64,000 nt of DNA from Phoronis australis (lineage: Eukaryota; Animalia; Phoronida), in the NCBI GenBank assembly GCA_002633005.1, contig NMRA01000514.1, forward strand, positions 124,001 to 188,000, read 5' to 3'. Position numbers and translations under genes: made by a program. The notes under the pieces are model-generated. The model had not been told where the DNA came from. It was given only the letters and a program-made list of their open reading frames with translations, and searched no databases. Below, one piece after another: positions 51,842-64,000 of the stretch (the first letter of the stretch is position 1; the number at the start of each line of letters is the position of its first letter).

Positions 51842-54639
51842 AAAGTAATTCTAGCTTGGGATTAAAGATTAAGAAAAAATCGATCACCAAATTTTGCCAA
51901 ATTGATGTCGATTGGAAATAGTATTAATATCAGAGTGTGTGGTCAGCTACAGGTTTTGTAAAATGTCATGACCTAGGGTTAAAGTACATAATTGGTCTTG
52001 ATGTGATACTTGGAAAGATTGTTTGGTTTTAAAAGCATCAAACTACATGTAGGCCTGATAAGGTTTTGTATTATCAGGAGTCACAGTATTTGTTATAATA
52101 TCTGTTTTATCAAGTCCCGAGTATTAAGTGTGCCTCTTGGACGCCGAATTATGGTTTTCGTGACTTTCCGTAGATTTCGTTTTCAACCGTATAGTCATGA
52201 TGGTGGAGCTTATCTTGCTTGTTTCTACTGCATTGTTACATTCCTATAAGACTATACTATATGCACACGTGAGGTGACCAAAAATGTTTGTGTTCCTAGA
52301 GGAACTTGACAAGTAAGATATAACGTTGGTATTAGGTGAAAGAAAAAGTGACGTAATTAGTTATAGGTCGTGTACAGGCATACAAAGGTGTACTAATTAC
52401 CAGGACTGTATTAATTACGCAGTCGATATGATATTGATTTTACACGCCTGCATCATTCGTTACACTTATTCATTATACCTCATTTCCAATCTAAAAATTC
52501 CTATGTGGAAATGGAAATTTAATCAAATTCCGCGTATTACCAGAAATCAATAATTCCAGTTTATCGGTGGCTCCATTAAAGTTTGAGTTAATGAACACTG
52601 TTTCATGAAACGTGCCCTGTTATATGTAGTCTAGCCTAGCATTAGTAATACTACTTCTAACTCAAGCCCATAGGCGGATCCAGGATATCGACCACAGGTC
52701 TCGAAGGACAAACCATGTCGGGACAATTTTGGTAGTACCCTACCCCCATCTCCTAGGGGCTAAGAGTTATAAGGTCCACGGGCGTGGGGTCTAAGACACT
52801 CCCCAATATTTGCTGGTTCACATTATGGCAACGGTATCGGGTATTTGGGTTGGATCTTGAGTTGCACTAAGAGGGACCCCAACGTCGATGAACGAAGGGG
52901 TATGTGCGTGGTGATTGGCAAAGTTGAACAGATGGGACATTGACGTGTCTAAAAATTTGAAGAACACCACCTGGAGATTGGTTGGTGGGAACTGAGTACT
53001 CATGAGTTGCCGGTACTGGAGGTTAATGTGAAGGCCCATGATTTGTCGGTGGCGCTTTTATCGACGCCCAATTCAAAATGTTAGGTTCGCTTATGCTGTC
53101 ACATCCGATACTGTGCTATCGTACGCAGTCTAATTCTACGCGCACGTGAAATTAGGTTGGCCTAAGGCCATTGAATGAAGTTGTGGAAACTACGCTGCTC
53201 CCCGGTGACATTAGAAAAGAAATCAAAGCGGCATGCTACCCATTTGGAAACAATCATAGTGGCCACAGTGCAAACATAACTTGTTATTAAATAGTGCTGG
53301 TAATCACTTCTGCATGAAGTCTGTTTAGCCATAACGAATATTATTGAAGCTTTGCTAAGAAACAAAACGTACACCGTGATATATTTCATTAAGCTCACTC
53401 TTCACAACATTTTTTCCTAATAGTACCTAATCAGCCTGGACAAATGACCTATTTCATGGAGAAGCGTGTAGTTGCGTTGTACATGGCGTTGGTAGAAATT
53501 TGGTTAAGTACTCATTTGTCAAATGTTCTTACGCGACTAGGGTGACGTTTTCGTTGGACTAGCGTAGAATAGTTTGCCACTGCGAAGGCACGCAAGCATA
53601 GAGTTGGGGAAAAACTGCGTGTTCCTGCGTTCAGTGCTTTCCGCCGACAGTACGCGAAAAAAAATAACCCTGTTCAATTTTTGCCGTCCGTCTCGCGTAC
53701 CCTGTGCGTGATGCCAAAAATGAATCCAATGTAAACACAACGTAGTGCAAGCTCGACTTACTTAGTACGCCATAATTGTGATTACGACGCAGGTCCGTTG
53801 TGGAAACCCCTTAATAAGAGTTAGATAAGTAGGTACCTTTACCATTGGCCTTGTTCCGTATTCCCATGAAGGAGAAGTAGACTTGAAAAAATGGAATTCG
53901 CTATAATTGCTTGGGACTATGCTCGCAGCATTAAGGGACCTTGACCTTGAAAAGTCAGCTTGTAGTTGTTGATCTCAAGCGTTATAGAACTACCATTTTA
54001 ATTTGATTAAGTATTGGGCAGTTTGAGAAGATTTTAAGACTATAAGTGATCTCAAACCAGAGTAAGTTTTTGTGCCAGGCTCCAATACTGGAATATTAGA
54101 CACCACTGGTGGTTCACTTGGACTTTTTAAATACGAAAGTCACAAATTGTCAAACTTTGAAATGCTTTGATCCAATAGTTTTTAGAAATGAGAAGTTACT
54201 TTTGTAACAACAAAATAACGTTGCCGTCTATCTGAAGGCTCTGAGTTTGATGGTTATGAATTTCGCACTACTCCACAATTCTTTTTTGCCAAAAACATTT
54301 AGCAAAGCTTACGGCTTCTGTATTATGACAGCCAGTGCGTACTACCGACCAATACTGAAATGTTTGTAACGACTTTACATGGCTGTAAATTATACACGTG
54401 ATCTCATTTCCTCGTATTCTCGGAGAATTTGTCGTAGCTGGTTTTCTTAAGACAACAATTTTGTTTCCGTTTGAAAAAATCTATATGATAACTACTGTGC
54501 TACTCACTTTAGCCGGTGATAATTTCTCTGTGATCCCTCTCAGCCAATAATACCGACTTACGGGTAAGGCGAAAACGTTGGTGGTGATGGAGTGCTTCTC
54601 CAATGCACTACGTCGGTAATGCTCTAGGCACAAGCTATT

Positions 54640-54945
54640 CTGAACTTTTTGCGGGTAGCGAAAATCGATGCGTGCGCATCACAAAGCATAGAATTGTGGG
54701 ATATCGCATCTCTAATCCAGTGTCCAGAATACGTATCACGCTATCTGCACGGAAATTTTATGGTTGTTTTTAGGTAGTCACTACATGTAGCTGTTTCTTC
54801 ATATATCAATGGTAAATTAAGCTTGTAGCTAATTGAATTACTACTGAGCCGAAGTGAACGTAACATGTCGTAAACCTACGAATACCGTCGTTTCTGCTCG
54901 GGATGACCACTATCCCATAATCCTTTGTTCATGACGTCTGTCGCA
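54640..54945 (+). repeat. Dispersed repeat, related to 8115-8395
   Basis: Same shared blocks as 8115-8395. Confidence 0.65.
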
Positions 54946-56972
54946 TTGCGTAAACCGTGTGAGAGCAAGGAAGGTTGTGCGATTTGACCTAATTGAGAAT
55001 CCATAGCAACAAGACTCTTCAGATGGTCAACGTCATTATATGATCAATCGCTGAAGCGTGCCGTCTATCGAATAACGATAGGTTCAGATTGCACAAGTGA
55101 TTGCATGTAACTGCCTTGATGGAAGGACACGCTAGCTTTGAATAATTGCTATGAGGTTTCAACGACAGTGGATTTTTACATGTGCTTTTGAAATTATCGA
55201 CTTTCACAGAGATATACCCTAGACCTTGAGACTTAGGGAAGAAGTTGAGGATAGTTTTGTTGATTTTGTTCGAGAAACTTCTTCTCGCAAACATGTCGTT
55301 TTTATTAAACGGCGTGAATATGAGTCTGCATACCTGCATGGCTTAGTCTTCTCTGGACACAAAAACAATAGAACGAATGTAGAGAAAGCAAAACCTATGT
55401 AATTGATCGGTTTTTTGTTAATCCTTAAAATGAAATAATAACACGTACGATAAATTGATTATGCATTTTACGATAGGCTAAGTGTAACCACACGCTATGT
55501 AAAAGTATCTAGTATTCATGATCATGTGGAGAAGTTCTCGCTTACACTGGTCACTGTTCTGATTCCCTAAGCTCCAGACAACTATTATGATGCCTATTCA
55601 GCACGCCTTTGGTATTGAGGTAGATCTGAGCTAATGAAGTGGAAAGGTAATAGCTAGCACTACTTTCTTAACAATGGTGGTTGTTATTACACCCAAGTTG
55701 TGTTTCTCTGCCGTTTTCATGGAATTAAAGCCCGCAATGTGGAGAGTGGTTTTAACGTGGTACAATTTTAATATTACAAAAGACTAAAAGTTTATTTGTG
55801 TTGATCGTGACAAAGGGCCATTTCCCAAAAGAAAGTTGGTTTTACATATGTTTCATACCTGTTTTGATTACTTCATTTTTAATACTCCTGTCTACTTTTT
55901 TTTCTTACCGGTTAGGGATGCTATCTTTTCATTTTATTTTTAAACGAAGTATGAAAAGAACTTAGAAGTCAGTTATGAACCCATCCCTGAATTTTCCAGA
56001 TTACAGCTACACCAAACATGCCACAGTAAACAAAACTACACGTGTCATTAGTTCAAGTTCAATCTTTATTTGAACTCAAATCATGAAATATATACAAAAG
56101 TGAAAATATGGTGATAGCCAAACTGCAGATTTGGAACCTCTGGGCAATTTTGGTTGCAGTAACTATATAACTATCCTAGCTTTTCCTCAGTCATAAAAAA
56201 TGAAATCACAGCTCTTGCCCACCGATAAACCTCATTCACTGCTTGCACTCTCTCGTTGACTACAAAGCTAGTCATCTTCTTGCTTTCACAGGTGTTCCAT
56301 TACAACTACAAGCTGACTATTGAAATTGGCCCATTTCCGCGAATATCAGTTTTCCGGTTAGTGTACTACTCCTCGAGTAAAGTAGTTCGGCATTCTCTGA
56401 GCCATGAGCTATGTTTTAAAAGTTATTTACATCTAATTTAGTCACTGTGTGCTGTTTATAGATGTTTCAACGTAGCTTAGTTGTATATTAAAATAATAAT
56501 CAACGTGATATTGTTAACCCTGATCAGCGTTTGTAATTCCACCACGCACAGTCGTTTATCTTTAATCGTACCCAATGTTCGTAGTTTTAAGCTTAATAGC
56601 TCATCGATTTTTAAAAATCGAAAACCAAACTTGGTTGTTTTTTCCACCTGAACACAGCTGTGGTATTTGTTTTTAACGAAAACTGTTGGTTAATGCATTT
56701 TGAAAATTCGCCAGTATATACAGGCATAGTTGTTTACTACAGTTTATGGTCGGGTAATTACACTTAAAGGTAACTGTATTTTATTCTGAATAAAGTTTGG
56801 ATAGTTTTCTATGAGTTTTTGATTAATTCCACAAATAATTCAACATCAAAAAGTAAACTTGTATCAAGGAGTGTAGTAGTATAGGAGAGTTCACTTGTGA
56901 GTTCGCTGTTACCGCTACTACTAGCGCCGCCAAGTGGTGAACAAGCTACGATCAACCAGGAAGCGCCAAACA

Positions 56973-57690
56973 ATGGGGACGGACGCATTTTGCAGTGCGA
57001 TAAATTGCATGAATTCATCCACGAAAACTGTCTGTTGTCTGCAGTGTAGGCTAGACCTACTGGGCAGCCGGCGGAAGAGGACTATGATTAACGTACGATG
57101 TGATCGTCAGCTTTTTGGATACTTGCAGTCCATGTATTCCAAATCAAAATGTCACTTTAACGATCGCAGGGATAATTTTAGGAAAACATTCCCATGGCCA
57201 TGGGTGAATATGAATCGTGGTGACACGGCCATGGCACAATCACAGCCACAGGCCACAGGGCCTTTTAAGTCTTTCATTAGTCAAGTCAGAGAATCTGTGG
57301 GTCTCGGTGAAAAGTTGTGCAGCCCTTAAAATATCCGTGGATCGACATTTGAGTCCTAGTTTTTTTAGTTGACACCAAGACGCTTTTGTCTCTATCACAA
57401 TCACAGTACGACAGGACTTCTGTAGTGTAGTTTAGTGTAGGCTACCAGTCTCTGTGAACCTGGTGAGTATGAGGTTTGTTCCTGAGTCTCTCATTGATTT
57501 CTGTTCAGGTGCAAGCACTGGGAGCCGACCTTATGAATAGAGTGCATCCTACTTGTCCAAGAACTGCAACTTATGCTCTCATCACTTCGAGGAGTCCATG
57601 TTGATGAATGAAGAACAAGCTGGTATTGAATGCAGTGCCCGAGCAGTATTTGATGTCCCCAGTCCACCAAAAATGAAGACGTCAAAAAGT
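56973..57690 (+). pseudogene. Two-exon THAP zinc-finger remnant (N-terminus of the transposase)
   Basis: Exon 1 reads MGTDAFCSAINCMNSSTK (ATG 56973; CxxxxC). An acceptor ttcag| opens exon 2 at 57509: CKHW..ADLMN/SASYLSKNCNLCSHHFEESMLMN/KLVLNAVP/VFDVPSPPK. The THAP hallmarks W, LCSxHF and AVP are present but spread over frameshifts. No catalytic transposase core was seen. Confidence 0.82.
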
Positions 57691-58391
57691 TCTACGGAAA
57701 TTATGTTACAGCTGTGGAATAGGCTTTTTGCATTTCTGATTATCGTCTCACAAAGCAAGTACTGGAACATCACGTGTAGAAAGGACAATTAGTCAAAATC
57801 TGGTTTTCGTATTTTACTAAGGTTGATCAGATTGAAACATTTTATGAATGGTTAGCCTGTGATTTGAAGAGAGCCAAAGTGAAACTGATGGGTCTTTTAG
57901 AGTCTGAATGGTGGGCTGACATTTTGTTAAACCCAAGCTATCCATATCATTTTGCTTCTCAATGACACTGAAACACCTCTGTGAGTAAATTAGTTATCAG
58001 CTTCAACGCATTTCGTTGGCAAAAAGAGCTGTTGTTTTCTAGTGAATAGAGAGTGAGAAGGTTGGTTAGATTTTCTTGTTGTATTGGTGTATGTGTTGCC
58101 TATTTTGTACGTTTTTGGAGATTGTGATTAATTTAAGCTCCAGTTGTGGCTAAGTAACAAATATGATCTTGTGGTCTAGCTTTAGCTTACCTGAAATATT
58201 TACTGTTATTGATAATATGAACAGTGGGTATAGAAAATAAAAATTTTAGTTTTATCATCCATTAAAAGTCTTTTTAATTCAGTTTTGTATGAAGTTGTGT
58301 GGCTAGTGAATATTTTGATTGCTGTTCAGCACCTCTTAACTTTTTTGTCATGACATTTTGAGCTTGGACTGGTTATGGTGGGGATATACTC

Positions 58392-58582
58392 AATGTGGGG
58401 GGGGGCTCGAATTCCCGACGATGTAGACCTTTTGCTAACAAGTGAGTGGGCGGACTAAAAAAAAAAAAAACGGGGACCACCACTGTGAATTGCGCGTTTC
58501 CGTTTCTTTAGTGGACTTTTGTCCCATTTTCTCGGACTTTTTGTCTCGTTCAAGCCCCCCGAGCCCCCTGGGTGCGCGCGTG
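58392..58582 (-). mobile_element. MITE family A, copy 3 (one end missing), nested inside the P-like element
   Basis: The reverse complement aligns with 43559-43740 (cacgcgcgcacccagggggctcgggggg...caaaagtccactaaa...tagtccgccc). Confidence 0.75.
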
Positions 58583-59800
58583 GGAGAGTGCAATCGAGTT
58601 TACCCTATGCTGGAATGTCTAAGAAATAATGGGATGTTCTAAAATTATATTACGATTTTGTGGTAGTGATGAATTGCTTTCTTCTTCTTACATGTGTAAC
58701 ACCCACTACACCAAACAATCATTCACATTGTTAGTATCCTGGTGCATTGAATAAGGAACACATGCGAAATTGGGTGGAGGTGAAACCAGCAGTGAGCTGG
58801 GAGCAACATGTTTGTCAATGGTCAGGGGAGCAACCAAAATTTATGACAATGGGAATGGCTCAACACCCATGTGGCATACCCCATTGGTTTTTACCTGTTT
58901 AGCACTCCTCCCATGTAACCCCCCTGGGAGATGGTCAACACCCATTTGGCGCCCACATGGGTTTTGCCTTGTACCCCCTTAGCTGTCACCCGTGGGGAAT
59001 TACCCTCTGAACCCCTAGGAGCAATCATTCAAATTTTATTGTCCATGGAGGTATGAACTGTTATAAGGAAAGATAATTTGCCTTGCTAAGAACTCAAACA
59101 TGAAACAAAACCTTGATAGATTTTGAAGGGAGTTTCAAAAGAATAAAAACAAATACACTTTAATATTGATTAAAATACACATTTTCATTTTCATTCGATT
59201 ATAAGTGGATGTTAGTTTACGTATTCTAACCATTTTCAATCACACAGTAATTTTATTGCATGTTGAACGTCATTAAAGGATGAATTCATCAGTGTTTACA
59301 TTGTTCAGACTGCGCTCCTAAGTAAGTATTGATTATTCACCGCTTGGAGCGCTAGTGTTTCGACCGGTAACCATTGCGGCGAATGGTAAAATGGCGGAGT
59401 GAACTCTCCTATACTCGTACACTCCTTGCTTGTATTCTCTAACGAAGCTAAAAAAATACCGGCTTGGAGCGCTGGTTCTCGTGACGTATTTCGCGGGGGC
59501 AAAGTCGGTGTCTTGTGTTAGTTTGCAGTCAAGTGGTGCTCTTCGTATTGTCCGAAAAAGAAATTTTAGTGTGAAATGTCGGGTCTCCAGGGAAACTGTA
59601 CCTGTTTGAGCAGAGGCATCACAAAGTTATACCCAGTCGTCGTCATCGTCAGACGAAAATTTGCCGGTGCAACCAGTCCGTATCAACAATTTACACTGGT
59701 GCACTGTGCCGTGGGCAACGTGGGCTCTAGCCAGCCAGTAAGCTAGCTGCTAGCCAATACTCAGCCCTGTAAACTTGAAGGGTTGGTTAGTTACCGGCTA

Positions 59801-61610
59801 TAGACCTAATTCACGCGGTAGACATTAAAATACAAAGCGAGGCTCACTGCGATAAACAAAGTGGAGGTTGACATTGCGTGAGTTCAATGGCCAAACTTTC
59901 GAGTCTAACCCGGTTATTAAATCTTAAAAATGTGTCATAATTAACCATAGACACGTAGAAAAATGCATTAGATAACATATCAATGCACCAGAGAGTTGTC
60001 TGACGAAAGGGTGTATTTTTTCGGAAAACTAGGCTCGAAACATGAAAAGTAAATATAACCAAATTGCGGCGATCGTAGTGCTAGCTAAATGCACGGTTAC
60101 TTTTGTCTTCTTGCCTGTAAATTGTTGATAAAAATGCTTTCTACACGAATCAGGTCATCTGCTTGACGAGTTGAAGATATATTCGACAGTGGTGACTCAT
60201 CGCATTTTACTGTCATGTGGAATTAGTCACATCTGGCGTGCGTTCAGTAGACGCTAGGACCTACGCTAGGACCTAGCTAAAACCTAGTCAAAGTCACGTG
60301 TTCTTATTTAGAATACACGGCGAAATCTCACGTATTCTCGCGAAGTCTTGCGTTTTAGCGAGGTCCTAGCGTTACTGAACGGGAGGCTGGTTTAATTTGT
60401 TGATCAAGAATATTAACATCAAGCATTGCCTAGGTCCTGGTGAGGTAGGGACTATACCGGGACTAACAGTTGAATTGTCATTGATCTGAAAGAATAATTG
60501 ATGTTATTAAATATATTTTCATTAAAATAAATAACCAGACTGGTAACAGAAAATAAAAATTATTTGACCATCAGTTCTGCTTTCTCGGTTTTAATCCTGA
60601 ATTATTTCGTCTATTTCATGTGTTAGGTTTCAAATGTCAATGTGGACCAAGTTGAATTTTAAAATTAAAACACCTAATTCGTTCGTCCAAAGCATAACCT
60701 CGTTTTAGAGCTTAATTTCAGTTAACTGGACAGAGCAATCATAGTTATCATCTTTCCTCAGGGGTCTCGTTCATCCGAGGGGAAAGGTGCCTGTGCGTTC
60801 TGAGAGGGGAATTTTTCGTCGAGTGAGGAGAAAATCTACCTCCCGATCACCATCAATAGCACCTCCGCCCTGTTGCAAGCTCTCATAGGCTCTGTCTCAA
60901 ATAGCATTTTGTTCTTTTTCAAATTGTCACCTGTGTGGTTACAGGTGATTTGAACTTCGGAGAGACATTTTCAATTACTAGGGGAATTTTAAGGCCTCGT
61001 GGGAAAATATTGCGTTATTTTTCAATATTTTTGAGAGGGGAATAGGACCGATACTCGGCCCCAAAATCGAGGGATTGAGAGCCCTGTCCCGGCTTTTTGG
61101 AAAGAAAAATGCATCACGTTTCAACCCCAGGGGTGAGAAATAACATGACCGTCGGACTCAAAACATGACAGCCGGCCCTCCAAATCAGACCGACTCGCCA
61201 CAAAACAGGACATACGGGAATCAAATGGGACTGCTACACCAGAAAATGGGACTGACGCACCTAAAGACATGAACCCGTAGTCGTGAAAATACAGCCTGGC
61301 CGGCCGACGATTGTCCAGCTGTTGCTATGATGCTCAGCAACCGATCGAGATGCGACAAAATATGATCTAACTTTTCGAAAACATTTACAAATTTTACACG
61401 GACATATTTTCCTTCGTCGCCACGTATGGCAACGACCCAACGCTTCCAAATCTCAACGTCATCAGGGATTGTAAAACAGACAGTTGAGTGTCCGTATTTT
61501 TTCTAGCCGTTCGAGCACACGGCCGAATACAACTATGCCGATAAGCCAACAAAGCTACCGCAGGGAGCCCTGTTTTGGAACGCGCCTCCTGTCTGCGTGA
61601 ATTAGGTCTA
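59801..61610. mobile_element. Composite non-autonomous TIR element
   Basis: Perfect 16-bp inverted repeat TAGACCTAATTCACGC (59801-59816) / GCGTGAATTAGGTCTA (61595-61610). It encloses a family B copy and a hAT-like segment (caggggtctc at 60759 ... gagagccctg at 61086). Confidence 0.55.
60233..60391 (+). repeat. Dispersed repeat family B, copy 2
   Basis: Same sequence blocks as 35851-35999, with an internal inverted motif (cgttcagta.acgctaggacct / aggtcctagcgttactgaacg). Confidence 0.8.
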
Positions 61611-64000
61611 CAGCTTTATGAAGGCTATCGTACCACTGTGTGTTGAGCTCTGTTAGACCCCGAAATTTCACACAGCCTGTTGACTATCCGGATATAGTTG
61701 ACTTATGCTCGTCACGTCGTCGTAAATCTAAGGCTATATCAACGTAAAACTAACGGACCGGTGGGGGTGCATGCAAAATCTGGCAGTCACCCGACAATCA
61801 CCTTGTTCGTTGCAGCATTTTAAGTGGAAAAGAATGAACTAAACGTCATTTTGTAGCATCATTCGCCTCCTTTTGTAACAAAGAAGTGTGTCGTCCGTTT
61901 CAAAAACAGTGCGCTCGTGGCACGGCGCACACGCCATTTCCTAAAAGTTGAGACGTCTCACGGGAGATTATGACAGCTTCGCAGCACCAAGGTTTGTACT
62001 AAAATTCGGTTTTCTGGTATAAAAGTACTAAAAACTTGTAACGAAATAAAACAAGTTCCTATAATTTGTTGTGACATGATCCCAACCTAGGTGCCGGCAA
62101 TGAAGAACACTTGATAAAAGAATCGGGGGAAAAGAAACTGGTAAAGGGCAGGTGACGTAATCGCAAAAAGCCGACTCAATAGAACGTATCACAATTTTAG
62201 CAGCAGCCGATTAACGATCGCCAACTTTTCCAACACCGGTAAATACTTAGTTTACTCTAGGAACCTGCTTCTTAGGTTTACTCAAGGATGAGATTAGTTT
62301 TAACGACATTAGGCCTAATTTTGAGTCAGATTTTATTTGTCCAAACCTGTAGGCCTACATTTAGTATACCGGGTACAGCTTTGGGCCAAGGCTTGGGTAA
62401 CCCGCTAATGGTATGCGATCGATGACCATCCCTTAGGAAGACCTTTTTTCGAAGAGTTTGAACAACCAGGTGCCATACAAAAAGGCATGGCGAAACTTTT
62501 ACAGCACTGTGGCAAACAATAAAAAATAAGGACGATTGATACAATGATAAATTACGATGTAAACTCTTCCAAATATGGCATAAGCAATGAATGTGAGCAA
62601 CGTCACTGACACATCAGTGTTTTGACCATGAATACGAATCGGCTTTTGTTTGGCGCGCAAGTTGAGCAAATGTGAGTTTTATTTGTATGTTAGAACCGAT
62701 TAACTACAACATGAATTTGACTACAGTCCCCCTTTAATTGGGTTTTGCTCGCACCGGACAATGCGGTCATTGCAACTGCGAGTCCGATTCTGGCGCCGCG
62801 CTCTCTTTGATCCTGGTAAAAGCCGCTCAGAAGGACGAGTGGTGAAAAGTCACGCATATCTTTAGAAATGTATGACTTTCGTGTAAGCGTATTATTTACG
62901 GCATGATGCACTAAACATTGTCCACCTCATACTAATCACCGATGCATTCGTTGACTGTTTTATCAGGATTTAGACGGAGTAAGAAATCGACAACACTAGA
63001 AAAGGAACGGAATTTCTTCACGTAAACAAACAGTCATGATAATGCCTGGAAGTGAAGCTTCACAATTTGACTCACTCGCTAGCACCCTCGCAAAAACTAT
63101 GAACGTTTCATGCCTTCTGCAACCTGAGCCCTCAGTGTATTCAGGAATCCACAGTGGAAGATGGCGGTCCACTGCCTCATTGAATCCAGGGAAAAGACCA
63201 CTACCTTGAGAGGTACACCCAGTGTCGAAGCCAGTGAGACGGTTGAGAGCAGATTCTACTTTGAGTCACTGAGTATGTAACCAGGCTAAAGAAAAACTTC
63301 AAAAACAGCACAGTGATTTATTTCTGGATTCAGAGTCATTTCGGAACAAATTTTTGTCCTGGCAAAAAGTTGGAAGCAAATATGGCAAAAGGTTATTAAG
63401 ATTTGCGAACTTTCTTCAACAAGTTGTGCTTGTCATGTCTTACAATAAGCAGATAAATATCCTTCCTCTTTTGTCAGAGATTATATGTTTATAAAGATAC
63501 TGTTGTTTGCATTTTATGAATTTATTGATGGGGACTTGAAGCATTGTAATATGACTGGACATTTATGGCATCTTCTAAGATGAAGATGGCTTCTACATGA
63601 TGTCCTTGCCGTTTAGAGAACGACTGAATTTGTCAAACAATATAACCATGGCATGGCAAGGACACTACTAGATCACTCGGGGAAGGCGACTACGACTATA
63701 TTCTTAGTACTGTACTGATTGTAAAGCATTGATGGTAGTTGTCCTGAAACATGACGGTGCAGAACTTGTGTCATAGGAAAGAGCACCGTGAGGACTGCGC
63801 CTAGTACGTTCCACACTCAAGCAATTAAGGAGAATCTTGTTAGTTTTCATTGCAGTGCCTTCACCTAAAACGTCACCTTTAGTCGTTTTCGCGAGTAGTC
63901 GATTGCCTTCGTGGGAGACGTCGAACGTACGTTTCAAGACTTTTGGATCCGGCCAGACGTTTGCGACTTCGCGGTTTGTATAGAGAACAAATGTTGATTT

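Larger units (their letters stand above)
56865..59428 (+). mobile_element. Non-autonomous P-superfamily (THAP) DNA transposon, 2564 bp
   Basis: 31-bp TIRs, CAAGGAGTGTA(GT/CG)AGTATAGGAGAGTTCACT (56865-56895 and 59398-59428, 29/31 identical). Exact 7-bp TSD CTTGTAT (56858-56864 and 59429-59435). Subterminal inverted motif at 56920-56944 and 59333-59356, and an internal THAP remnant. Confidence 0.88.

Overview
Gene-poor, AT-rich, repeat-dense eukaryotic (animal, probably marine invertebrate) draft scaffold, with two N-gaps (10617-11346, 49610-50354) and single-N joins (23068, 31604). There is no prokaryotic gene organisation and no CRISPR array, and most entries in the ORF track are spurious. 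The one convincing intact protein-coding ORF lies on the minus strand (46841-47968) and encodes an intronless 7-TM, class A (rhodopsin-like) receptor that has lost the DRY, CWxP and NPxxY activation motifs. The rest is layered mobile DNA: a decayed Polinton/Maverick capsid plus maturation-protease module (~17140-17755), a non-autonomous P-superfamily element with 31-bp TIRs, a 7-bp TSD and a spliced THAP remnant (56865-59428), a Penelope-like palindromic insert carrying a minimal hammerhead ribozyme motif (51622-51841), a 5'-truncated LINE (~49350-51080), a 1.9-kb element with nested hairpin arms (34809-36739), and several MITE families, one of which has 5-bp TSDs. The 0.84-kb tandem duplication at 22224-23906 is probably an assembly artefact. 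I found no evidence for a new multi-gene system. All protein assignments come from recognising motifs by eye; no searches were run.
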